Below, one piece after another: positions 15,996 through 24,268 of a stretch of 64,000 nt of DNA (positions are counted from its first letter, which is position 1; the number at the start of each line of letters is the position of its first letter). The notes below the pieces were generated by a model that did not search any database, was not told the DNA's origin, and saw only the letters and a list, made by a program, of their open reading frames with translations. The position numbers and the translations under genes were made by a program. The DNA comes from a bacterium (GTDB taxonomy: Bacteria; Bacillota; Clostridia; Lachnospirales; Lachnospiraceae): positions 28,185 through 92,184 of the forward strand of contig CAVFRH010000083.1 of NCBI GenBank assembly GCA_963624695.1. The letters are read 5' to 3'.

Positions 15996-16030
15996 ACAAC
16001 AGCCGAAAGAAATATTCTTTCGACTGTTGT
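15996..16030 (-). terminator. first, shorter stem-loop directly after the permease stop codon
   Basis: acaacagccgaaaga / aatat / tctttcgactgttgt forms a 15-bp stem with 1 mismatch. There is no clear T-run, so it may be a stabiliser or processing hairpin. Confidence 0.35.
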
Positions 16031-16038
16031 TTCCTCTG

Positions 16039-17229
16039 TCAGCCCTCATAGCGGAGAGCATCAATTGGTTTTTTATTTGCTGCCTTTCTCGCGGGATATA
16101 ATCCAAATATAATTCCGATGGCGGCTGAAAAGATTACCGCTATCATTACAACTGTTGGATCCATGGAAGCCGTTATGCTTCCTGCCATCACGACATTTGC
16201 AATACGAATTCCGATCCAGGAAACGAAAATTCCCACTGCGCATCCCATCAGGCTGACCACCAGGGATTCTAAAAGGAACTGCAGCAAGATCAAGCCTTTT
16301 CCGGCTCCGATAGCCTTTCGAATACCAATTTCCCTGGTTCGCTCCGTCACCGAAACCAGCATAATGTTCATAATGCCGATACCGCCTACTAAAAGAGAGA
16401 TTGCGGCGATCCCACCGATCAGAAGGGAAAGGGTCGTGTTAATGCTTTCCATTGCTTCCATGATTTCAGAGCTTGTATAAATATAGAAGGCATCCTCATC
16501 ATTTTTAAAGCGGTTCAGCAAAATATTTGTAACACATTCCTTTGCCGCATCCATGGAATTTTCATCTGAAGCACTTACATAAAACTGCGTTACCTCCAGA
16601 CTGCCATCCGTAAGTCTTGCAAAGCTTGTATAAGGAAGGTAGCCTTCCATCATTGTCGTAGAATCACCGAAGGAATAAGTACTTTGTGTATCTGCACTTA
16701 AAACTCCAACTACCTCGTATTTCTCTCCGTTTAAAGAAATGCTTTCCCCTACTGCATTGGCATGTCCGAAATACTCCACAGCCGTATCATGGGTCAGTAC
16801 GATCACATTGGAATTGTTGTCCAGATCCACCTTTTTTATAAATCGTCCGTATTCCAGGGAAAGATTCATAATATCCATATAGCTGCTGCCTGTGCCGTAA
16901 ACGGTCATGGACTTGCTGGTATATCCGCTTTTTCCAGTTACGCTTCCCTGAGAATAGGGGGATGCTGCTTTTATGGATTCATCCGAAAAAAGAGAATTAA
17001 ACTCTGCGATCTTAATGGGTTTTTCCTTGTTGTCACTGATGGATACCGTCATATAGTTGGTTCCGATGGAGGACACCTCATCGTTAATGGAGGATGTCGC
17101 CCCATTGGCAATGGAAACCAGAAGCACCAGAGCTGCCACACCGATAATGATTCCCAGCATGGTTAGAAAGGTGCGCATTTTGTTGGCGATAATGGAATTC
17201 CAGGCCATTTTAAACGTCTGTAAGATCAT
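16039..17229 (-). CDS. MacB-type ABC transporter permease (FtsX domain with a large extracytoplasmic domain)
   Basis: ATG 17229 is preceded by AAGGAG. N-terminus MILQTFKMAWNSIIANKMRTFLTMLGIIIGV, then a roughly 220-aa extracellular domain, then the C-terminal FtsX-like motif ERTREIGIRKAIGA. Confidence 0.85.
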   Translation of the reverse strand: MILQTFKMAWNSIIANKMRTFLTMLGIIIGVAALVLLVSIANGATSSINDEVSSIGTNYMTVSISDNKEKPIKIAEFNSLFSDESIKAASPYSQGSVTGKSGYTSKSMTVYGTGSSYMDIMNLSLEYGRFIKKVDLDNNSNVIVLTHDTAVEYFGHANAVGESISLNGEKYEVVGVLSADTQSTYSFGDSTTMMEGYLPYTSFARLTDGSLEVTQFYVSASDENSMDAAKECVTNILLNRFKNDEDAFYIYTSSEIMEAMESINTTLSLLIGGIAAISLLVGGIGIMNIMLVSVTERTREIGIRKAIGAGKGLILLQFLLESLVVSLMGCAVGIFVSWIGIRIANVVMAGSITASMDPTVVMIAVIFSAAIGIIFGLYPARKAANKKPIDALRYEG

Positions 17230-17899
17230 TTTCGTCTCCTTCCCGCACGATGCCATCCTTTATATGGATCATTCTCTGTGCCTCTTTCGCAATTTCCTTA
17301 TCGTGAGTTATGAGAACAATGGTATTTCCTTCTTCGTGAAGGCGATGAAAAATCTGCATCACTTCCCGTCCGGTAGCAGAATCTAAGTTTCCCGTCGGCT
17401 CATCTGCCAGAAAAATAGAAGGATTTGTCACAAGTGCCCTTGCAATGGCCACTCTCTGTCGCTGGCCACCGGAAAGCTCGGAGGGCTTATGCTTTCTTCT
17501 CTCCAGCAGATTCACCATCTCCAAAGCCTGCATCACTCTTTCCCGTCTTTCATGTCCGGAAACGCCCTGATAGATCAGAGGCAGCTCTACATTTTCCTGA
17601 GCTGTCAGTCTTGGAAGAAGATAAAAGCTCTGAAAGATAAAGCCGATCTTTCGGTTTCTTACCTTGGTAAGCTGCGCCTCGGAATAGTCTCCGATCTTGA
17701 TTCCATCTAGGTAATATTCCCCTTCATCAGCCGTATCCAGACATCCGATGATGTTCATAAGGGTAGATTTTCCGCTGCCGGAAGGACCGATAATGCTGAC
17801 AAATTCTCCCTTTTTGATTTCCAGATTGGCTTTTTTCAGGGCATAAAGGGTTTCCTCTCCAATGGAATATATTTTTGAAACATCATGTAAGCGGATCAT
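17210..17899 (-). CDS. MacB/LolD-type ABC transporter ATP-binding protein
   Basis: Walker A GPSGSGKST, signature LSGGQRQRVAIARAL, Walker B FLADEPTGNLD. It overlaps the adaptor stop by 1 nt and the permease start by 20 nt. Confidence 0.9.
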   Translation of the reverse strand: MIRLHDVSKIYSIGEETLYALKKANLEIKKGEFVSIIGPSGSGKSTLMNIIGCLDTADEGEYYLDGIKIGDYSEAQLTKVRNRKIGFIFQSFYLLPRLTAQENVELPLIYQGVSGHERRERVMQALEMVNLLERRKHKPSELSGGQRQRVAIARALVTNPSIFLADEPTGNLDSATGREVMQIFHRLHEEGNTIVLITHDKEIAKEAQRMIHIKDGIVREGDENDLTDV

Positions 17900-20061
17900 T
17901 ATTGACCACCTCCCGCAGGTGTATCTCCCTGAGGACCGCCTCCGCCGCCCTGCATATTGCCTCCATTTCCGTCATCAAACTGGATATCGTCCATGCTAAA
18001 GCCGCTCATATCACTGCTGCTGTCTGAGCTTGCGCTTTTCTGATAGTAAACGCTGGTTCCCTCTTCCAGACCGTCTGTAATCTCAACATTGGTTCCATCG
18101 GAAAGTCCCGTTGTTACAGTTACCTCTCCGGAAAGCTTTCCGTTTTCATCCATTGTTGTGTAAACATAGCTTTCGTCACCTCTCTCCTGCAGAGCTGCAA
18201 CCGGAAGCGTCAATACATCCTTGCTTTCTGAGGTTACTATGCTGACAGAGGCATTCATGCCTACCTTCATTTTTTCATCCTTGTTAATGGACAGTTTTAC
18301 GGTGTATTTTGCCACTCCATTGCTGGAACTTGAGGATGTATTTGCAATGGAAGTAACGCTGCCGGTGAAGGTTTCATCGTCAATGGCATCTAAAGTTACT
18401 GTAGCCTCCTGTCCCACTTCCATGGAATTAATGTCCAGCTCGTCTACACTTACAGATACACTGAGCGTCCCCTTCGTTGACATGGAAAATGCTGTTACCA
18501 TTGAGCTGCTTGAGGAGCTTGAAGAAGAGGAAGCGGATGTTGTACTGCTGCCGGTATCTCCTGAATCAGAGCTTACCGAACCTGTTCCTACTGCCGAAAC
18601 ATAGCTGCTGATATCACTGCTGCTAACCAAAGCTCCATCAAAGCTATAGGAAAGATCGTCTGCCTGGGCGGATATGTCAGAGTTATTTGCGTCACTTTCT
18701 TTTTCTGTATCTTTTTCTTTCGTATCTGTATCTGCTGTTTTATCCTGCTCTTTCCCCGAATCCGTATCCTTTTCCTCTGTCTGCACGGTAAAGGACGGAT
18801 AGCTTATGGTAAAGCTGATCGTCTTTTTATCCTCTGATACCTGCATGCCGGAGATGACTCCGCTGTCTATGCCGGAAATGCTGTCATTTGCAAAGCAGTA
18901 TCCATCCTGGGCAGTCAGTACCACCTTTGCCTGATAAACAGTATCTGCTGCAAAGCTCTCTGCCTGAGGTGTCCAGGAAATACTTCCCGTATAGCTTCCG
19001 TCAGATGCGGAAAGCTCTGTCATTACCTTCTGGTCCTTGGCAGGTGCCAGAATACCAAGGCTTTCTGCGCTGGATTCTGCTGCCGATGTAATCGAAAACT
19101 GAAGTGTTTTCTCTGTGGAATCCTCAGCTGTTTCCTCCTGTACCTCTTCACTTAAAAGCACAGTCTTGCTGCTTCCGGTAAAGACTGCACTTGCAGAAGA
19201 GCTGCTGTAGGATGAAAATGTTGCATTTGCCGTCGTGCCTGTACTTGTTGTGGAAGCTGCTGTGGCCGATGCGGTCGAGGAACTTGTAGAAGAACTTGTG
19301 GAAGAACTTACATTTACCTCTGCTATAATTCCATCCTGAGGTGCGGTAATTGTTCCGCTGCTTTCAATTTTCAAAAGCTCCTCTAGCTCTTCTGCCAGTT
19401 CTTCTCTCTCTGCCACATATCCCTTATAAGAAGCATCTGAGCTGCCCGCCAGCACGGTAAGCACTGTCGTATCTGCATTTACACTGCTTCCCTCACTAAC
19501 CGGAATGGATTTTATCGTACCTCCTGAAGAAACCACCTTTATTACCGTTCCGTCTGATGTCGTGATTTCCATCAAGGCTCCATTTTCGGAAATGCAGGAG
19601 TAAACATCACCATCTACCGAAGCATAAATCTTTGTAACCGTTCCCTTTACGCCTGCTGCTACATTTGCGGCGCTTGTATTGCTCTGGGCACTGGCTATTT
19701 TTTCATCCAGGGCAGAAATACTGCTCTGCACACTTTCAATGGCACTGTAAACAGAACGCATATTTACCGTTGCCAATGTATCTCCTGCCTTTACCTCCTG
19801 ACCGCTTGTTACCTTTGTTTCTTCTATTGTAATGCCGGAAGGGATCTTTATAGAGGTATCTCCCTCAAGGGTCAGTGTTCCGGTTCCGGAAACTGTATTG
19901 GAAATATCTCCCTTTGTGACCCTGGTCTCAGAAGCTGTGCTCACCATTGCCTCTGCCGCCGTTCCGGAAGAAATAAAGCCATTTGCCACCACACTGCATA
20001 CGATCACTGCCGCTGCCGCACAAGCTACGATAGTTATCGTTTTCTTTTTATTTTTTTTCAT
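17899..20061 (-). CDS. HlyD/MacA-type membrane-fusion (adaptor) protein with a large internal Ser/Thr-rich insertion
   Basis: ATG 20061 is preceded by AAGGAG. Features: N-terminal TM; lipoyl/hairpin-like segments (VTSGQEVKAGDTLATV ... IIAEVNV); C-terminal beta-barrel part (VGQEATVTLDAI..FTGSVTSI.., VLTLPVAAL); Gly-rich tail. About 270 extra residues lie between the two halves. Confidence 0.7.
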   Translation of the reverse strand: MKKNKKKTITIVACAAAAVIVCSVVANGFISSGTAAEAMVSTASETRVTKGDISNTVSGTGTLTLEGDTSIKIPSGITIEETKVTSGQEVKAGDTLATVNMRSVYSAIESVQSSISALDEKIASAQSNTSAANVAAGVKGTVTKIYASVDGDVYSCISENGALMEITTSDGTVIKVVSSGGTIKSIPVSEGSSVNADTTVLTVLAGSSDASYKGYVAEREELAEELEELLKIESSGTITAPQDGIIAEVNVSSSTSSSTSSSTASATAASTTSTGTTANATFSSYSSSSASAVFTGSSKTVLLSEEVQEETAEDSTEKTLQFSITSAAESSAESLGILAPAKDQKVMTELSASDGSYTGSISWTPQAESFAADTVYQAKVVLTAQDGYCFANDSISGIDSGVISGMQVSEDKKTISFTISYPSFTVQTEEKDTDSGKEQDKTADTDTKEKDTEKESDANNSDISAQADDLSYSFDGALVSSSDISSYVSAVGTGSVSSDSGDTGSSTTSASSSSSSSSSSMVTAFSMSTKGTLSVSVSVDELDINSMEVGQEATVTLDAIDDETFTGSVTSIANTSSSSSNGVAKYTVKLSINKDEKMKVGMNASVSIVTSESKDVLTLPVAALQERGDESYVYTTMDENGKLSGEVTVTTGLSDGTNVEITDGLEEGTSVYYQKSASSDSSSDMSGFSMDDIQFDDGNGGNMQGGGGGPQGDTPAGGGQ

Positions 20062-20182
20062 ATACTTCTCCTTAAATTTATAAACCAGATTAACTGCAAC
20101 AAGCGTAAGAAATATTTGTGAACAAAGCATGTTTTCCACATGAAATTTTCAAGAAATACCTTCTCTTTAGAATGATCTTTTC

Positions 20183-21142
20183 TCAGGCGTCAGCCGCCGA
20201 TACCGTGGATTCATATCTGCTCAATGCTTCATTCCATTTTTCATAAGTGGAATCCTCCCGGTGATCCGTAAACAAACCGGTCTGGCTCAGGTAATCTGTC
20301 AGACAGCTTGTCACCTTCTGGGCTCCGTAGTAATTCAAGTGATCTCCCTGATCCTTCGTATCCTTCTGCCAGTCAATCGAAATTTCATCACTCATCAGAT
20401 TCATATCAATGTAGTCACAGGACAGCTCTGAGGCAAGGGCTACGACTCCGTTGTGGCGTTCATAGTTCCAATTTACGGTGCTTGGTGTACTGAGCAGCAA
20501 AAGAGTTGCTCCGTGTGCTTCACAATAATTTTTAAATTTCTTCACATACTCTACATTCCGATCCGGAATCTTTGCACTACTCTCTGTCACTGTCATATGT
20601 CCATTATCCTGGCAGCCATCTATGGTATCTGTGTAAATATAGCCTTTATTATCCTCGGTCCAGGTATACTCCGGATTCATTTTCAGATCATTTAAGCTCA
20701 GGCTTTTCCAGCGGTTGTGATAACGAAAGACTGAAAAAGCATCTCCCAGCCTGGACAGATCTGCTGTCGAATCCGATACTTCCCGATAAATGGCATCTGT
20801 TTCCAATATAACCAGCTTCGGGCTCTGCTTTTGAAAGGCTCTCTTCAGCAACGTTAAGCTGTAATCCAGAGTCTGAGCACCGCTGCCGCACACATAAGAG
20901 GTGTAGCCGGAATCCTTCCAGATCTGCATCGGTGAAATAGAGGAGTATGCCTCGCTGTCTCCCACTACCAGGACATCGATGGTATTTTCCTTTTCTCCCA
21001 GAATTCCATTTGCAGACACTTCCTCTATGCCAAATTCCGACATATTGTTCTTTGGCATCAACAAAATGGATGCGCCAATCAAAAGTCCGATCAAGCCCCC
21101 ACAGAAAATCAAAAAAGTAAATATTCTTTTCACATAAAGCAT
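20183..21142 (-). CDS. membrane-anchored SGNH/DltD-like (possibly DHHW-family) protein
   Basis: ATG 21142 is preceded by GAGGAG. Features: N-terminal TM (IFTFLIFCGGLIGLLIGASILL), VVGDSEAYSS (GDS block), a late GDHLN block. Its position after the MBOAT gene matches dltD or algJ/X. Confidence 0.55.
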   Translation of the reverse strand: MLYVKRIFTFLIFCGGLIGLLIGASILLMPKNNMSEFGIEEVSANGILGEKENTIDVLVVGDSEAYSSISPMQIWKDSGYTSYVCGSGAQTLDYSLTLLKRAFQKQSPKLVILETDAIYREVSDSTADLSRLGDAFSVFRYHNRWKSLSLNDLKMNPEYTWTEDNKGYIYTDTIDGCQDNGHMTVTESSAKIPDRNVEYVKKFKNYCEAHGATLLLLSTPSTVNWNYERHNGVVALASELSCDYIDMNLMSDEISIDWQKDTKDQGDHLNYYGAQKVTSCLTDYLSQTGLFTDHREDSTYEKWNEALSRYESTVSAADA

Positions 21143-21153
21143 GGTTTTTCTCC

Positions 21154-22755
21154 TCAAAAGCTTGCATAAATCGGCTCTACCGGAAGGTATCCGCTTCCGT
21201 AGGCACCAAAAACGACAATCACCATAATCAAAGCATAGTAACAGACAAAACGCAGAATGATATTTTTTTTCGAGATCAAATCACGAATGGAATTTCCCCT
21301 TTCCTGAATCAGACCGATGATAAAAATCACTGCAGCGGCACAAAGTATGACTCCGAAATCCGCCATGTCCATTCCAAAAGTAAAAAGGCTGCCGTCCTTA
21401 AAGGTTGTAAGATGAAAATCCGTAACAATCTTTCGAAGCATTTTCAGTCCTTCCTTCAGACCATTTGCCCGGAAGATCAGTTCTCCAATGCATACCAGTA
21501 TACTTGTACGAATGATCTGCAAGCACCTGTATGGCAGGCATTTTCTGGAAATGTGAAGCTTTTTACTTATTTTAATTACCAAAGGCTCTATGATATTTCC
21601 AATCAGGATCAATGCAAAATGGTACATACCGAAAAAGATGTAGTGCCAGCCAGCTCCATGCCACAGTCCATTGCATAACCAGACCGCAAACAAGGCAATG
21701 GCACCGGACAGCAGTGGCCCGAAATGATTTCCAAGACGCTTTCTTGCCCTGGCAGTTAATTTTTTCAGTGGCTTTGACATGGATAATGGGAAGAATATAT
21801 AGTCCTTAAACCAGGTTCCCAGGGTAATATGCCATCTTTTCCAGAATTCCGATATGGTTTTGGAAAAAAAAGGTCTTTGAAAGTTCTCCGGCAGAGACAC
21901 CCCAAAGATCTGACTACTTCCCAGGGCAAGATCCATGGTTCCGGAAAAGTCCATATAGAGCTGGAAGGTGTAGCCGACAGCTGCCAAGGCGATCACAAAG
22001 CCATCATATGTGCTGTAATCCGAAAATACATTCTGGATAAACTGATTCAGCCGGTCTGCAACCACCATTTTTTTCATCAGTCCAAATACAATCCGCTGCA
22101 ATCCAAATGTCAGATTTTTGTATTGAATGTGCTCTGCCTCCCAGAGCTTTTCGGCTGTATCGGAATATCTGCAGATGGGTCCCTCCATGATCTGAGGAAA
22201 AAAGCTGATAAAAAGGGCCAACCGCATTAAATTGGTATCTGCAGGGATTTTCCTTCTGTATACATCGATCAGGTAAGCAAGTACCTGCATGGTATAAAAA
22301 GAAATTCCGATGGGAAGAAGATAAGAAGGCACTGTAAGGCTGAACGAAAGCCCCAGCATTGCAAAAAGTTTGTTGATATTGGTTGCAAAAAAGGAACTGT
22401 ATTTTAAAAAGAGTAAAATTCCAAGGTGCAGACAAACTGCAAATACAAGGATTCCCTTTAATTTCTTCTGATACCTTGCCTTTTGCTGTTTTTTCTCTTC
22501 ACGGCTTACATTCTCTAAGGCTCTGTCACATTCCTTTTGTACGGTAGACAGCCACAGACCAATGTGATGAGCTGAAAGAATGGAAAAAAGAAGATAGGCA
22601 ATCAGTTTTCCGCTGACTGCCCAGAAAAACAGCCAGCTGAAAAGCAAAATCACCCATCTTCGTATTTTCTGCGGTGTAAAGGCGTACAGTCCGATGGTAA
22701 GTGGAAGCAGCAGGCAGAAATATGGAAAGGAAAAGTAGGATGATATGGATAGCAT
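21154..22755 (-). CDS. MBOAT-family membrane O-acyltransferase (DltB/AlgI-like)
   Basis: Multi-pass, 533 aa. Motifs FWKRWHITLGTWFKDYIF and NGLWHGAGWHYIFFGMYH (conserved His) match the DltB/AlgI family. Confidence 0.85.
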   Translation of the reverse strand: MLSISSYFSFPYFCLLLPLTIGLYAFTPQKIRRWVILLFSWLFFWAVSGKLIAYLLFSILSAHHIGLWLSTVQKECDRALENVSREEKKQQKARYQKKLKGILVFAVCLHLGILLFLKYSSFFATNINKLFAMLGLSFSLTVPSYLLPIGISFYTMQVLAYLIDVYRRKIPADTNLMRLALFISFFPQIMEGPICRYSDTAEKLWEAEHIQYKNLTFGLQRIVFGLMKKMVVADRLNQFIQNVFSDYSTYDGFVIALAAVGYTFQLYMDFSGTMDLALGSSQIFGVSLPENFQRPFFSKTISEFWKRWHITLGTWFKDYIFFPLSMSKPLKKLTARARKRLGNHFGPLLSGAIALFAVWLCNGLWHGAGWHYIFFGMYHFALILIGNIIEPLVIKISKKLHISRKCLPYRCLQIIRTSILVCIGELIFRANGLKEGLKMLRKIVTDFHLTTFKDGSLFTFGMDMADFGVILCAAAVIFIIGLIQERGNSIRDLISKKNIILRFVCYYALIMVIVVFGAYGSGYLPVEPIYASF

Positions 22756-22756
22756 C

Positions 22757-22987
22757 TTATTCCTCCCTGAGTCTTGTGATCATCATCCACAAATTCTCTG
22801 CAGAATTAAAATTGTCCGGAACAATCTCAACCGTTGGAATCGTGATGTCATATTCCTCTTCAAGCTCTGAAACCAGGGAGATGATTGCCAGTGAATCAAG
22901 ATAGTGATCATCTATCAGGGTTGTACATGTGCTGTAATCTACCTCCGGCTGGATCTCCTCTAAAATCTCAATCAGTTTTTTGTCCAT
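22757..22987 (-). CDS. acyl / D-alanyl-type carrier protein
   Basis: 76 aa, acidic, with LDSLAIISLVSELEEEY containing the DSL phosphopantetheine-attachment serine. It ends 1 nt before the MBOAT start. Confidence 0.8.
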   Translation of the reverse strand: MDKKLIEILEEIQPEVDYSTCTTLIDDHYLDSLAIISLVSELEEEYDITIPTVEIVPDNFNSAENLWMMITRLREE

Positions 22988-23041
22988 GATCTGATACCTC
23001 TTTTCTTAAATTATATAATGATGTTTCTTTCAGAGCATTCA

Positions 23042-24268
23042 TTAAAATGCATAAGGCGACAGTCTCATCCTCTCTGATGTAGCATCCGCTGTCATATCCG
23101 GTGTATTCAGAAGATCTGCTTCTATGGGTTTTCTGACTACCAGATAGCTTTCATCTTCATTTAAAAGCACAATTTCCGGAAGATCCCTGCTTAAGAAAAG
23201 CGAAATTCCCTCTGTCATACAGTAAGCTCCTGCATTTTGAAATGCCAGAAGATCTCCTATTTGAAGTCCCGAAAGCGGTGCACGTTTTACTAAGATGTCA
23301 TTGGTCGTACAGAGAGAACCGCAAATATTCCATTCCTTTCTTTCGCCTCCCCTTATAGATGGAAGGAGTGAAAATTTCGGACGCTTCATTGCCATCGTAT
23401 GGCCGTAGTAAACAATCTGATGCATTCCGCCGTCTATGATGGCATAATTCTCACCCTGATTTTGCTTCACATCTACCACCCTGGTGATGTAGCTTCCGCA
23501 GCTTGCTGCAAGACTTCGTCCAAGCTCAAGGGTTAGCTCTCCGTCGTATTTCATAGAAGAAAGAAGGTCTGCAAAGGAACTGAAAAAAGCTTCTTCATCG
23601 AAGTCCTCCCCTTCAAAATAATTAAATGGAAGTCCGGGTCCCAGCTCCAGCTTGGGCATTTTAAAGTGATGTTCCTCATACAGTTCTTCCAGATATGCAT
23701 CCAGCATTGCAATCTCTCTTGTAAGCTTTTTGATGGAATTTTTCTGAGTTCCGGAGAAATATTGAACACCGTATATTTCAAGCCATGGGTCGTTTTGATA
23801 AGTTTCCACAAGTCTTGTCAGATCTTCCCTGTCGATTCCGAACTGATTTCCGCATGTAAGGCGCAGGAGTACCTTTATTTTTTTCTTATATTTATTTGCT
23901 GCTTCCTGAAGAAGCTGAAACTGACCTATGGATTCTGCCGTATAGCAACCGATTTCTTCTCCATCCGCAATCAGCTTTTCTGTCTCTTTTTTTTCTTTGT
24001 AAACGCCGGATATGACATATTTTTTCTTTGAAATCCCGAGCCTTTGACAGATTCGATATTCTCCCGGGGAACATATTTCAAAGTATTCGAGCTGATCTTC
24101 CAGTGCCTTCAAAATAAAGGGATTTGCCTTTACTGCATAGCAAAGCTCCACCTTCTTTGGCAGTTTTTCCCTTAAAAACCGTACTCTTTTCTTTAATTCC
24201 TTTAGATTAAAAACATACATTGGGCTTTGCTCTTCTTTTGCAATCGCCATCAGTATTTTTTCATTCAT
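23042..24268 (-). CDS. fold-type III PLP-dependent decarboxylase (Orn/DAP/Arg decarboxylase family 2)
   Basis: N-terminal barrel motif CYAVKANPF (PLP lysine), GPGLP, and C-terminal CGSLCTTNDIL resembling the DAP/ornithine decarboxylase active-site Cys region. The start overlaps the upstream gene's stop (ATGA). Confidence 0.8.
   Translation of the reverse strand: MNEKILMAIAKEEQSPMYVFNLKELKKRVRFLREKLPKKVELCYAVKANPFILKALEDQLEYFEICSPGEYRICQRLGISKKKYVISGVYKEKKETEKLIADGEEIGCYTAESIGQFQLLQEAANKYKKKIKVLLRLTCGNQFGIDREDLTRLVETYQNDPWLEIYGVQYFSGTQKNSIKKLTREIAMLDAYLEELYEEHHFKMPKLELGPGLPFNYFEGEDFDEEAFFSSFADLLSSMKYDGELTLELGRSLAASCGSYITRVVDVKQNQGENYAIIDGGMHQIVYYGHTMAMKRPKFSLLPSIRGGERKEWNICGSLCTTNDILVKRAPLSGLQIGDLLAFQNAGAYCMTEGISLFLSRDLPEIVLLNEDESYLVVRKPIEADLLNTPDMTADATSERMRLSPYAF

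Noticed and set aside
21143-21157. Longer N-terminal extensions given in the ORF track for several genes (starts at 21157, 31446, 41967, 48939, 17256, 20139, 25914, 34955, 36239, 40425, 51655, 13815, 2116).
   Set aside because: In each case the listed first codon is a TTG or GTG, or lies inside or upstream of a strong AGGAGG-type RBS serving a downstream ATG. The extension also lacks family-typical sequence. I used the downstream ATG, with moderate certainty.
20688-22435. Alternative-frame minus-strand ORFs 20688..21167 (159 aa) and 22004..22435 (143 aa).
   Set aside because: They lie fully inside the SGNH-like and MBOAT genes in another frame. The main frames carry the family motifs, and the alternatives are Arg/Cys-rich frame artefacts.
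23042-24268. Annotating the decarboxylase simply as lysA (diaminopimelate decarboxylase).
   Set aside because: The family assignment is safe, but substrate specificity cannot be read from the motifs I can see. Its translational coupling inside the dlt-like operon argues against a plain housekeeping role, so the gene symbol is left empty.
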